In this document: positions 16,129 through 31,276 of the stretch, piece after piece
How the letters are laid out: every line of letters begins with the position of its first letter
Position numbering within the stretch: the stretch's first letter is position 1
Assembly: GCF_009914755.1 (NCBI RefSeq)
Contig: NC_060937.1
Reading direction: 5' to 3' (one strand)
DNA length: 64,000 nt
Origin: the human T2T-CHM13v2.0 reference genome, Homo sapiens
The notes under the pieces: generated by a model
The model's database searches: none
What the model saw: the letters and a program-made list of their open reading frames with translations, nothing else
Told to the model about the DNA's origin: nothing
Translations under genes and position numbers: made by a program

Positions 16129-18200
16129 TTAATAGTCTGTTATTGTAACAAGCTCTGCAGTAGTCACTATCTCCTTTCATAGTTCCCTGGGAATCTTCCT
16201 CTGCCAGATGTCTTCCCTCCCTCCTTGTAACTGAACAGGGAGCAGGTTGGGAAATGGGATATCTCCACATGGGCCAGAAGAAGGGGGAGTAGTTGTAGAC
16301 TGAAATAAGAAAGGAAAAATAAAGAGAAAGAGAGGAAGACAACCAAAATGATTCTTTTATTTATAAAAGTGGGCATAAACTTCAAATGAACAATCTTGTT
16401 AAATTATCATTCGATAAGTCAATTCCGGCAATATATAAAGTATACACTGTGCATGTTTCTATTAAAAACTCACATTTGTAAACATAAAATTCTGGTATTT
16501 TTGCTTTGAGTAACTGGAAAAAAAAAGGAATTATGGAACAGTGGTTTAGTGTGTTTCCAACAAACCATAGTGTTAATGAAAGTTACATGGACCTTTTGCA
16601 CTGGAATAATCTTCTCAATATTGGCATAGGTAAGGTACATCCTGGGGGCCTTGGGCCATTTCCAATTGTGGACTTACTTTTTCTGGCAGCTTAAAATTAT
16701 AAAAATATCTAGAATTAGTTGCTTCTTCAACAATGTTATAAGTTTTATCTAAAACAATCAAAAAATGTTTTAAATGGGACTGCATTTCGAGGAGGCGTCT
16801 GTCAGGTGAAACAGAGTTGCCGCCGCCATTTATGCAGGAAGTGGACTTCTTTCTTTCCTGTGCTCCACTCTGTGTCCTGTTGTCTCTCTAGGGTCTTCCA
16901 GAAGGCCACATTTATTCATTTATATTAGAGCTTGACCACTGGGCTTTTGTATTTAAAACTGTTGGTATAGTGTTTAAAGCAGCTTTGTTAAAAATTCGTA
17001 CAGTAATACCTACTAAACAATGGATTCTTAGACGGATGTTTACTTGTATTATTGCAGCACAACACATTACCTTGTTGACTATAACCAATGTGTGTTAAAT
17101 AAATAGACTGTGATTTCTTTTTTAATATTTTTATTGATAGCTCATCTAAAATTGCTTTGGTGTTAATACATGGGCTATGAAAAGTAGCAGATAATTATGA
17201 ATATTCTTATTCGTTACTTTCTAAATGCACATGTATCCCTCAAAACTTGTATGCTCAATGATTCAGCAAAACTGTCCAATGATTCAGCAAAACCCAGTTC
17301 CAGGAATGGTAGTCACACACCTTTCCTGCTGGATCTTATTCCGTCAGGTCCAATCCAGCCAGTTGTAGATGATGATTCATTTTTACCTTTTCCTGTCAGT
17401 CTCTCTCAAACATGACTGTGAGTTCAGCAGGCAATTTACTTTGCCCTCTTAAACTCCAAAATCACAATCTGAATATCCACAGCCTATCTCTTAAGACAGC
17501 AGAATAATCTATAGCAATCACATGTCCCTCACAATATCTGATTGGATATACCATCTTGACAGCACTTGCTACTTGATTGAAACTTAAATGCTTATAATCA
17601 CAGCCTCTTCATACTTTCACATTTAACCAGGATAATTTGAGATGTACCTTTCCAATGGTCAATGCCATATTTTAATCAAATGATATAAACAAATAGATAT
17701 ATATAAACAGATCAATATGGAGCTATCCGTATTGATAAGAATATAAATTATAGGCACCAAAATACATTGCCTAATATTAATGCTTTTCTTTTTTTCTTTT
17801 TTTTTTTTTTGACCCATTATTGGAAGCTTACTATGTCCTTCATCAGCATCACAACTCATATATCATGGTGTACAACCTGGCTTGTCCTGTGAACGTTTTT
17901 GGTACACGGTGTTGTCCTCTACTGGTGATTCCACCATTTTAAAGTCCAACTCCTTCCTTGAATCTCAACCCAACCCAACATCTTCCCTAGCTCATACACA
18001 AATTTCTTTGCAATTTTATAGTCAGCTATGTTTAAGAAATAGAAAAATAGAATTAGAAAGAGTCACTGTGCTCTTCCTAAAGGGGGCAACCTGCGCATAT
18101 CCTGACAAGCTTGACATGTCCAAATCATTTAATTATCATAATAGATGTGTTGGTCAACATCCAAAACTTTTTAAGAACCAGTAAGGATTAAGAAAATACT

Positions 18201-19297
<1,097 letters not shown>

Positions 19298-20775
19298 AAG
19301 AGAATCTCCAAACAACCTGTTGAATGGGAGAAAATATTTGCAAGCTATTCATCTGACAGGTGACTAATATCCAGAAAATACAAGGGACTCAAATAGCTCA
19401 ACTGTAAGAAAACAAACAAACAAACAAACAAACAAAAAACAACCTCACAAATCTCACAAATAATCCTATTAAAAAGTAGGCAAAGGACATGAGAGGACAT
19501 GAGTAGACATTTCTCAAAAAAAGGCATACAAATGGCATAACCACCAAGTATATAAAAAAGATGCTCAACATCACTAACTATCAGGGAATTGTGAATCAAA
19601 ACCACTATGTGATATCACCTTACCCCAGTAGAATGGCTATTACTAAAAAAAACAAAAAAATGACAGATACTGGTGAGGGTACAGGGAAAAAGGAGCTTTT
19701 ATACACTGTTGGTGGAAATGTAAATTAGTACAGCCATTATGAACAAATACTATGGAGATTTCTGAGCAAAATTAAAAATAGAAGTACCATATGATCCAGA
19801 AATTCGACTACCAGGTATTTATCCAAAGGAAAATAAATCGGTGTTCCAAAGGGAGACCAGCACTGGCATATTTACTGTAGCACTATTCACCATTGCAAAG
19901 ATATAGCATCAACCTATATCTCCATCAATTAACAAATAGATAAGCAAAATGGAATACTAATTGTGCACAAAAACATTGAAATTATGTCATTTGCAGCAAC
20001 ATAAATGGAACTGGAGGTCACTATGTTAAGTGAAATAAGCCAGACACAGAAAGACAAACACCACATGTTATCACTCATACATGGGAATTAAAAATGTTGA
20101 TCTCATGTAGGTAGACAGTAGAATGATAGATGCCAGAGGCTGGGAAGTGTGTATGGCTGAGAGTGGGGAATGAAGAAAAGATGATCAATGGGTGCAAACA
20201 TAGAGTTAGTTGGAAGCTATAAGTTCTTTTTTTTTTTTTTTTTCTTTGAGACAGACTTTTGCTCTTGTCACCCAGGCTGGAGTGCAATGACCCAATCTGG
20301 GCTCACTACAACATCCACCTCCCAGGTTCAAGCAATTCTCCTGCCTCAGCCTCCTGAGTAGTTAGGATTACAGGTGCCCACCACCACGCCCAGCTGATTT
20401 TTGTAGTTTTACAAATACAAACATTTCACCATGTTGGCCAGGCTGGTTTTGAACGCCTGACCTCAGGTGACCCGCCCACCTCGGCCTCCCAAAGTGCTGG
20501 GATTACAGGTGTGAGCCACCACACCTGGCTGGAAAGTATTTTAAGTTCTAATGTTCAATGGCAGAATAGAGTGACTATAGTTAACAACAATGTATTGTAT
20601 ATTTCAAAGTAGCGAGAAGAGAGAATGTGAAATGTTCTTAAAACATAAAAATGCTAAATACTGAAGGGGATATATATCCCCAAAACCGTGATGATAATTA
20701 CACCTTCTATGCATGTAACAAAATATCACATGTACTCCATAAATATGTAAAATATTCCGTATCAATAAAAAAATG
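19298..20775 (+). mobile_element. L1MA (MA4-like) 3' segment (ORF2 end and 3'UTR), interrupted by an Alu
   Basis: gaatgggagaaaatatttgcaa through atcaataaaaaaa terminus. Confidence 0.88.
20227..20530 (-). mobile_element. AluSq/Sx inside L1 3'UTR
   Basis: Reverse Alu dimer. Confidence 0.92.
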
Positions 20776-20803
20776 AAATGATATAGGTAAAAGAAAGAAA
20801 ATA

Positions 20804-21138
<335 letters not shown>

Positions 21139-21267
21139 TCAACGCTCAAAAAGTTGTGTGATCTCAGTTTCTTCATTTCAAATATTGTATTAAAATATTT
21201 TCATATACAAACATATTATTTACCATTTATCTCCTAAATTTGATACGTTAAACTCTCCAATTTTAGT

Positions 21268-21573
<306 letters not shown>

Positions 21574-22499
21574 TCCAATTGTAGTCTTTAAAGACTTACT
21601 TGTAATATACTTCCCAGCTGAATAACAGGGAGAGTTTAAACCAAATTCCTACCAGTAAATATTTTTCTAATATAATAAAATGGCATAGCATTTCTTAACT
21701 AAAATATAAACAGATCCTATTTGAGCACAAAAGGGGAGAGCATATCATTCAGTATATTGATTAGATATTGCAGAGATTTTAGTAAAATTGAAGTTTATTA
21801 ACAATATATACAAAATGTCAACTTGAAATACATTTAAATGAGATGTACTTTCACTTAGATAAAAATGATGTTTCTTGCACCCCAAACAGCATTTACTCTG
21901 TTGTAGTGGTTATTGATTTCATCATCGGTGCTGGTCAGTTACATTATGACTATAGCTGAGTTATGGCAACTAATAAAATAACCATAATTGAGAAACAATG
22001 AGCTTTCCAGATACTCAGTGAGATGCTTCCTCTTGGCAAAACAGACAATATTTTCCGGGTTTGGCTGCACTATTCTTTGTGTTTAGGTATTGACTTTCTG
22101 ATAATCCTAACTTGGCCTTGCTTACTAACAAGGAAAAGTATCATTTGCCATTTTAATGTAATGGGGTTGGGGGAAGAAGAGAAAACTACTATTAAAAGCA
22201 GACCTCATCAGACTGCAATAAAATATAAACTACTAAAAGTCTGACTATCTGATAACCAAAGGCGTAAAATAATCTTTTAACATTTTTACTTTGTTTACAT
22301 AGACATGAAAGTGTTTTAAAACCATACTGCCATGCAGAGCTGATGTTCATTCTGATTCGTCAGTCTCCCACGATATTTGGTTGGTACTTATTCCTGTTCC
22401 AGGTGTTAAATGTCTGGAATAGCATTCCTGCTTTGAAATATTTTTCAAAGTGTAAGAAGCAAAACAACAAATAGGGTGTTGTTACCCCACTTCTTCCCC

Positions 22500-23180
22500 C
22501 CAGCTCCCCCTTCCTCACACAGTTCATGCCACATGCCACTCTCCTGGACTACTGGAAATGCGTCAGTCCACTCTGGGCTCATCCCATCATCCCCCATGCT
22601 GCAACCTGAGAGAGAGTTGCAAGTTGCAAATCTGATCTTGTCACCACCACTCTCCACACTAAATCCCTCTAATGCCTCCCCCTTTCTTTTTGGATAAATT
22701 CCTTCTGCTTGCATAGCCACGTGGTTGGCTTCTATAGCATCACTTCACACTGTGGTCACCTGCCTTCTCCTCACTCAGGAACTTCTCTCCATTGAAGAAG
22801 TTCTTCTTCCCCATCTCCAGGGCTTTCCCACTGACAGTTGTATCTCCCCCATACCAAGCCCAGGTGGTCATCTCATCCCACAATTGTCTTTCAATCCCAT
22901 CAACAATTATTTGGAAAGGCTTCCTTGATCCCCGAATTTAAGCCAGCTCTCTTGATGTAGGTGTCTTTCCTTCAGAATAATTATTTACATTTGAATCAAG
23001 TATATATTAATTAATGTAATTATTTCACTATTATCATTTTCCCACATAGGATTGTAAGCTGTATGTGAGCAGGGTTCTTGAAACCTGTAAATCGTTTTGA
23101 TCATCACTATAAACTCAAAGCCTAGGACAGTGATTGCATGGGATAAATACTTAATATGTTGTATCAAATAACAAATGTTT
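22500..23180 (+). mobile_element. L2 relic
   Basis: gcaaatctgatcttgtcacc and an L2-type 3' end (gattgtaagct...gagcaggg...). Confidence 0.55.
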
Positions 23181-23302
23181 GCCCTTCTGTAAGCAGAGTA
23201 AACTCTGCTTATAAGTTTTGTAACCTCTTAATTAATTATATTTTTCATTATAAGTGCTGACTCTTGTTACAAACACATTTTAAGTTTGACATTATTGGTT
23301 GA

Positions 23303-23308
23303 TTTATT
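23303..23308 (-). terminator. Likely DAOA-AS1 poly(A) signal AATAAA
   Basis: TTTATT on + strand, at the position where I recall the G30 3' end relative to DAOA. Confidence 0.55.
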
Positions 23309-26300
23309 CAGTTAAATGTATTAATTCTGAAACTTATTTAAAAATCAGAAAAACGATGATAACATTTATAAATAACCGATGAGTCATAAAGACAGAGTGG
23401 TATCAAGGGAATATCCCTCCCTGCAAAAAAAAGCAAGCAAACAAATAAAACTACATTTATCAGGTTTTCTATAAAGAGGTTTGTATTTAAATCAAATTTT
23501 AAATTATGATAAAATGCATTTTGAAGTGTTAAACAGAAATCCAAATATAGGTGATATTTTCAATGCTCCTCAACTACAAAATTTAATTTTAGAGATGGCT
23601 AACCATCTATGAAGTGTTATTGGATGAGCATGGTAACAATATTATGAAATAGAGTTTTTCTCACTTAAAATCCCAAAAGGAGCCCTGAACAAGTCATTTT
23701 AGAAAAGAAAAAAAAATACTGAATAATATTTTCACAAGCGTTAAATTAGATATTAAGTATAAATGAAACTTCAAACATGTAACATATTAAAGTAACTTTT
23801 GTTATTTAAGCATTACCAATAAAATTTCAAAATTATTCTTACTTTAGATTTTAGAAGAATTAAGTAAAAGAGATCAGCCAGGAGTTCTGTGTAACTTTGA
23901 GTAAGTTAAATTTCATCTGTAGTTTCCATGTCCAAAATAGAAATTTGAAAGATCCAACAGACCTTAAGACACACATCTTCAAATGGAAAAATTGTTGCTA
24001 TTTGTTTAACATTTGGTAAGATTTCAAAGTATTGTTTTTTATTACTTCTAAGTAGGAAAGATTCCATCCAAACTTTGAAATGTCCTTTGCCCTTATATAT
24101 GAAAATGTGCACTCATGTGCATTCATGAAGGGGAGAGAAATGATCAATGCTCTAATTAGAGCTGGCACCAAACCTGGCGTAGGCAGCTGCTGTGAGCTTT
24201 GTCATTACAATTTTGACGTGACATATGATTTGCGAAATACTGGGAGCATTAGAAGGCTGCCCCATCTAGGCTCCATCATGCTCAGCTCCAGACACTACCC
24301 CCACCAAAAAAAATCACATAATACCACATAAAATTATTCACTTCCAACCTCTTCCATCACTTGGTTACTCCATACAACCTCAATAGATTCTCCAGAACCT
24401 GATCAATTTTGAGATACTATTTGTCAATCTAAAGTGGTCAAGAACATTATGGCTACAATCCCTTGCTGTTCAGTTACTTTTTTGTATTCAGACAATTTTT
24501 CAAAAGAATGACCTCTCTTAAAAGGTTATGTTTTATAAAAAGTCACTTGAAAGAGGGATAAAATTTTCTATCTCAAAATGTTCCTCTGCAATTATAAGCA
24601 GCAAAACATGGAGAGACACAGGTCTTTATACTGACTTTAGACTCATTCTGTTTAGATAACTGTATCACAGAAGTATTAGATCAACAAAGGTTCAAATCAT
24701 TTCTTCACTAAGTTTCACTCTCCCATCAAAATCCAATGCTCAGCTCTCAAAGTCAGCAGGAGATTTCAGTGTAAGCAGAGCAATGATTTCTGTGCCTACA
24801 GGTTGTCTTTCCTAAGAGAAGAAAAAAATGGTAACTATTAATCAATAGAAAATCCAACACCAGTGGAACAAATGTGTGCTTGCTAAAGCAGCATTTTCAG
24901 AACCCACATTGAATCTTCAGCATGGAAACAAAGTGCCTGTGCCTGGAGGCTCCTCCAGACCTTTTGCATCCCTAGAATCTTGTGGAGCTATAATCTCTTT
25001 TCCATAAATCTCAATTCCAGAAGGTCTTTATTCCTGAAATTATGTTACAATCTCTTTAAAACCAGATTTGGAGAGATGGTATGTGGAAATGTTTCAATGA
25101 ATCCTTGGCTATGTTTACATTTGTTATGAATGTTCCCTATCTTTGATATTTAATACACAAATGGAATTTATTTCCACACATTTGGCTGGCTTAAGTCTGG
25201 GCAGAAACATTACAAGTGTGAGCTTAAGGGAACTATTGCGTTAAAAATGTTATTTGTAACATTTTTGTGTAGACTCTCATGAAGAGGATGTGTAGTCTAT
25301 TTGTGGAAGAAGAAGGTGGTGAATATATGCATAAATCAATAAGTAGACAGATACAGAAATGGCTAGATGCTCACTAAAGCACTGTTCATCTTGGGAGGAA
25401 GTAGCAACAAATTAAATTACTAGCCACTTACGAGTGATTAATTTATACACTGAAATATTATATACCCATTTAAAGAAATGAATGAATCTGTGTACAACGA
25501 TATGAAACAAATACATATAGGCCCAGAGAGAGACCTGCCCATATGTTGCATCAGCATAGACAAGCGTTTAACACAATATACATCACTACTTAATTTCAGA
25601 GAGTAAGATAATATTAGAATCTATTAGTAATATTCAAATTTGTTTTTAAGAGTATATTATAACCATTTAAAAATAATGAAGGAAAAAAGAGGAACGTGCT
25701 ATGTCAAGGACAGCTTGTATATTATACAAGCACAGACCAGGGGAACAGGGAATCTAAAAAGTCAAGGTAGCAGGTGGGAGGGAGAGCCCTACACACAAGA
25801 AAAGAAAGAGACTCGCCCACTGAAGTTTCACTTGACCTGGTCTTGCTGCATTTATAGTGTACAATTGGACAATGTAGTTAAAATATTCCCTTAAAATGAG
25901 AAGATACAACCTTTATAATACATAAAAGATCAAGTCCACTACCATGCGTTAGCTGATTAGCAAATAACACTGCCAAAAGTAAAAATAAAAATAATGGATA
26001 ATAGCAGTAATAATAACGTGTTTTTTTTTTTCCTCACTTAAACTGGCTTCCAGTCATTGAAAAATACTCTGTTTGTCTTTGGTGTTGGTAACAAAATACT
26101 AATATTTTCTGAATAATTATCTTTTTTATAATATTTCTTATGTTTTTCTTTAACATTTAATGTTTTTATTCTTTTCTTAAGGGAAAATGCCTGTGGACTT
26201 TAAAAGTCAAGAACTTCAGATAAATATCTATTTTTTACATCTCAGTTTTAATCATATCTTTTCACTGGTTTTTTGACTGCTGGCATTTATATTTGCTTTT

Positions 26301-27308
26301 TGCCTAGAATAATTGCTTCTTATTTAAAACCCTCTGAATTTCTAAATTGAAATATTGGATTACTCCTCACAATGAGGGTTTGGAATTTTCTTCAAGATGC
26401 ACATTTTTCTTTCTTTAACCTTTAAGGAAACGAGTTGAAGCACGTCATGGTATGTATTTCTACAGCAACCACTTTGCTTCTGCAATTTCAGACACTTTAC
26501 ACTGTCTTTCAAGAATAAATACCATTTGAGAAAGAGTGGCGGGGGTAGCACATCTCTCCAGCCTCAAACTATTCCTTCCTCAGGGCAGAATTTCCCCGTG
26601 ACGCTCTCTTGTCATCATCACCTTCTTCTTGTCTGAACTCATCAACATTTCAGCCAAATTACTGTGCTGCTAAGTCACTGGGAAGATCAGGACCCCACAC
26701 CAAGATGATCATCTTAGAGATGCACAAAACCCTAGAATGGGTAAGGAGAGATCAAATATTTCAGATAGGAAAGTGGGATATTTGTCTAGATAGGTGGCCT
26801 AAACGTCTACTCTGATCAGGAAAACTACCTTAAGCAGAATCAATCAAAATAATGCCTTAATAATGAATCAAAAAGTGAATGCCAAAGTATCTGCCTTTAG
26901 TCAATTTGAGTGTAGCAAATGAAATATGACTTAAAACAGGGTCAATCTTGAATGCAAAATATGGACTTTCTGAACACACACAAATGTTTCCATAAATATA
27001 TAAAATGTATTTGTATTTCATAGACAACTAAGGTACAATTTAAACTACGTTTGTTTTTGCAAACTCCTAAATTTCATTATCTGCCATTCATTAAGAAAAG
27101 GAGGCGAAAGAAAAAAAAAAACTTTAAACACTAATGTATAATTTCAATTTTGTTTTAGGCAACTGTGTAAATGGCATTTTTTTTGGCATATTTGTATAAC
27201 ACAATAAATGTGTAGCCCACAGCCAAGGGGATTGCATAAAATTTCCCCTGGCATAGCTACTATTTCCAATCCAATCATGCTCAAGAGAATATCTTATCTG
27301 CTTTGTAT

Positions 27309-27339
27309 ACACACACATACACACACACACACACACACA
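27309..27339. repeat. (CA)n microsatellite
   Basis: Read directly from the sequence. Confidence 0.9.
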
Positions 27340-28979
27340 TCTTCAACATTTGTTAACATTAACATTCATTTTGTTTCCTGTTATGCATGTGTATATGTGC
27401 TTTTATTTAATAATGTTAGTTAACATTTCCTTTTTCTGTAAATAATGATAGTATAATTTGAAAAGTCTGGCTCAATTCCCAGACTTAGGTCAAGCTAATA
27501 TACGAATATATTTAGTCCAGTTTACTGTTTTATTGGACTTTGATGTTGAGTTATGTTTTTTGAAAGAGTATTTTTATACTGCAAGTTCCAAAAAAGATCC
27601 TAAAAAAGACAAAGCCTTGTTTTCTTTTTATCTTTAACTGTAATAAGAAGTTGGATCTAATTTCGAAACTCCCACAATTTGCTGCACATATATTTTGGAT
27701 TATGTGGGAGGCTAAAATTATATTGAGCATGAGGAATTGTTCCTATCTTATTTTCTGGCATAAAATCAGGTTTTTCTTTATTGTTTTTGTATGTCTCAGA
27801 ACTTCAGAAAAAGGAAAAGCATGCATCCAAAATAAAGAAAAAGTAATTATAAATTTACAACATCACAAGTGAACACAACCTACTTCTCGTAGTATTTTTG
27901 GTTTGGATATATTGCTAAATAGCATCATCATTCTCTTAGACATGAGGTTGAAAATTTCTGGGTTACTGTTGACTTCTTTCTTATTCTTACTTTTTTAAGT
28001 CCTTTTGTTTATTTTTATTCTTTCTGTTATCACAGATCCTACTCATTTTTGTCCCTCTGTAACTATTATCTAAATACATTTAAGAGATTCTTAATTGTCT
28101 TTTATAATTTACCTTCTTTCCTCTCCAAGCTATTATTAATTTTGAAGCCAAAACAATCTCAATCAAAATATTTACTTCATTTTAATGATTTCTCATTGTC
28201 TAGTGTGTTGAGTTTCAGGAAGAATGCCGGTGTCCTCTCTATTCTGGCTATACCTTAAAATTACTTCAGTGATTTTTAAATACACCAGTCTCTGGACCAT
28301 AACCTCGAGACTCTGATTCATTATGCAAGAGTGGACATGGGTCTTTGAATTTCTAACAAATGTTATTGTGTTTTAATTGTGCTAAGAAAACCCTGCTCTG
28401 GCAACCTAATAAAGTAGCCTGCTAATAACAGGTACTCAATAAATATTTGTGGAACAAATGAATTATTGATTCTTTGTATGAACAGTTCATTCTCAAGCAA
28501 ACACCTGAACATCAACCTCTCCCACCCCACACCCCTTTTGAAATATTCTTCATAAAACTTCCTACTGTATGAAAGTATCTTCTGTGTGTGAATTTTTACA
28601 GTCTGCATCACCACATGGAATGTGAGATCCCTGAGAAAGGAGACTTTGTTTGTTTTGTTCCCCACAGTGCCTCAGTGTCTGAAATAGCACCTGGTAAATC
28701 ATAGGGACTTCTGAAATACTTTCTGAATGGATAAATGAGTGGTAGGAAAAGTGTGAACATGGTAGATAAAAGAGAAGTCACCACTAGAACACCAAGTTCC
28801 TGACATACAGTTTCAAGGTCCAGCAACATAGTTGCTACGAACTAGCTGCCTTTAAAGTTCTCTAGATCAACTATATAGATTAGCAAGTCTTTTAACTAAG
28901 CATTAAGCAGAGTACTGCTCTGAGATTTAGCACCTCAGTCTTTTAGGTCCCTAAAGACTCCGGATTGGTTCCAGAGGTG

Positions 28980-29175
28980 GACTGTCAAATAGGAGGACTT
29001 TCTGCAGTAATGGAAATGGTCTATGTCAGTGCTGTCCAACATGGTAGCCAAGTGTGTGTGGTTATTGAGTACTTGAAATATGGCTAGTGGCACTGAGGAA
29101 CTAAAGTTTTAATTTTAATTAGTTTAAGTAGCCTTAGGTTGCTAGGGGTTACCATATTGGATATTGCAGTTCTAG
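28980..29175. mobile_element. MER3-like hAT relic
   Basis: gtgctgtccaacatggtagcca...acttgaaatatggctagtg...accatattgga. Confidence 0.7.
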
Positions 29176-30344
29176 AGTTATTCTTCTCTCCTCATATTCA
29201 AAATTATCTTATGATGCTATCACAATTGAAAGATTAGCCAGGGACCCTATCATGGCTATGGCAGTCATGTCCTGTGAAAAATTCCATTAATGACCTCCAC
29301 GTTTTATGATGTGTAGAGCAAAATCTCAGTCTCCCTGAGTAAGGCCTGCTCCATGTGGACACCTGGCTTTCTCCCTTGTCTACCTCCCTCAGTGGAGAGT
29401 CCACCTGCTGGTAGTGCACTCCTTAGGTGCCTGTCTCTGGCTGTCCTGTGCCACCTGCACAGAGTCATGCATGAGCTCCACTGTGGGAAGTCTCTAGAGA
29501 TGAGCTGAGCTTACCCTACACCAACTGAAAGAGTCTATCTAAGTCCTGAAGATCACAAGTCATCCTCATATTCCCATGAATGTGAATGGAAGTTGGGCCT
29601 GCTCAGAGAATCATCAGGGCTCTTTATTGTGGCCTGGAGCCAACTGCCAAGGAGTGCCTAGGAACACACTCAGTAAGAGTGTTGCCCTCAGGCCAGATCA
29701 GACTTGAACCTGCAGAGAAATCCCCTAGGTATGTCAGCAATTGCTCATTTGGATGCTATAAACTTGAAGTTGTGAAAAATATAAAGACTTACATTATCCA
29801 GTCTCTCCTGGCAAAATATGTAGGTTTAATCATTCCTGAATTTTCCTTAGTTCACACAGATATACAGATATATATCCTAAAAATTGGCATTGGTAGGCGT
29901 GTCAAGTTATCATTTTAAAAACATAGAAACCTGAACAAGATGTATCACTCCAGTCTAGAATGTCTATATGCAGAGTATCCACAAAAAACCAAACTTCAAC
30001 AGTCTTTCATGTCTATATTTCTTCAACATTCTTTGTCTTCAACATTCTTTCATGTCTAGAATGTCTATATGCAGAGTATCCACAAAAGACCCAAACTTCT
30101 TTCATTTAAAGAACCAAACTTCTTTAAATAAAAATGACTCACAATAATTTAATATTTTACCATTTACAAAGAGATTAACTACAACAATATTGATCTTGAG
30201 TTAATTTCCCACGAATAACATTTTCATTTCTTAAAATTTGCTGAATGGAAAGCCAGAAAGTAGAGTGAAGCAAGTAATGTGTGTGTGAGTAGTCATTGGA
30301 TACATACATAACAGTGAGCAAGTTTATCAGCTCCTGCATGGCAG

Positions 30345-30834
30345 TGTTCTGATGATCTTTTGCTGCAAAAGAGCTACACCCCAAATTAGTGGCTTAAAGT
30401 AAAAGCTTACTAGTGTATATGATGATTCTGTTGGTCCAGGATTTGGAAAGGGCATGGCAGGAGGTCTCATCTCTGCTTCACAATGCCGATGATTTAGCTG
30501 GGAGGACCCAAAATGCTGGAAAAGCTGATGGGTGCTGATTCTCTCCAGCTTTTCAGGTAGGTAGCTTGGGGTTTTTTACAGCATGGCGGCCTCAGTGCAA
30601 TGTGACATTTGCATGGCAGCACAGAGCTCCCAGGGTGAATGTTCCTGGAGACAGGAAGTGGAACATGTCAGGGTTGGAAGCCTGAGCCCAGTATATGGTT
30701 CAGCCTTACTTTCTCCCATATTCTGTCAGTCAAAGGAGAACCTAGCCAAGGATCACTCATGTTAATGAGGAGGAGACATAGGCCCTCACCTATCCCTGGG
30801 AGGAGGATCAAAGAGTTTGAATCTTTAATCCACA
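30345..30834 (-). mobile_element. MLT1H-like MaLR solo LTR hosting DAOA exon 1 in antisense
   Basis: ccccaaattagtggcttaaa...ttctgttggtccaggatttgg...aaagagtttgaatctttaatccaca (reverse of the TGTGG start). GCAG flanks both ends. Confidence 0.75.
30513..30556 (+). CDS. DAOA: DAOA/G72 (pLG72, 153 aa) coding exon 1, MLEKLMGADSLQLF-R
   Basis: ATG CTG GAA AAG CTG ATG GGT GCT GAT TCT CTC CAG CTT TTC AG|GTAGGT. Translation matches the pLG72 N-terminus as I know it. 44 nt, phase 2. Confidence 0.96.
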
Positions 30835-30969
30835 GCAGGCAGACAGCTTTCCATTGTTATAAACCACCTCCCCCTCACTCCATCTGCCTGTGCTAATTGT
30901 TTGCTCACAGGAATTTGTTTAGCACTGTGTAGAACTGGGATAACTTTGTGCTTATTTTGCAGTTAAAAG

Positions 30970-31205
30970 GGAGAGGCGCTAGTTTGGAGATTTTTAAAAA
31001 GCAAAGGTTTGAGAGCCAGTAAGACCTGGAGTGAACTCTCCTGTCAGCTATTTACCAACTGTATGACTGAGCAATTTATAAAAAAAAAATGCAAACCTCA
31101 ATATCTTCATCTATAAAAATAAAAAAATAAGACGTATTTGGCTGAATAGTTAAGATTAAAAATATGAAAGTGCTAAACCATACATGTTATATGCTCCATT
31201 GATGT
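30970..31205 (+). mobile_element. MIR relic
   Basis: agacctggagtgaactc...aacctcaatatcttcatctataaaa. Confidence 0.6.
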
Positions 31206-31276
31206 TGCTTATTCTTTCTCTCTTCTGCAGGGTATAAAGGAATCTGAACACGACTGATATTTTCTTTAATTTTTAG

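Noticed and set aside
29953-30099. 34-bp direct repeats with a spacer, superficially CRISPR-like
   Set aside because: Only two copies, a self-repetitive spacer, human DNA and no cas genes. It is a local duplication.
30300-30512. Canonical core promoter or CpG island for DAOA
   Set aside because: No CpG island or convincing TATA box, so the TSS cannot be fixed from sequence alone.
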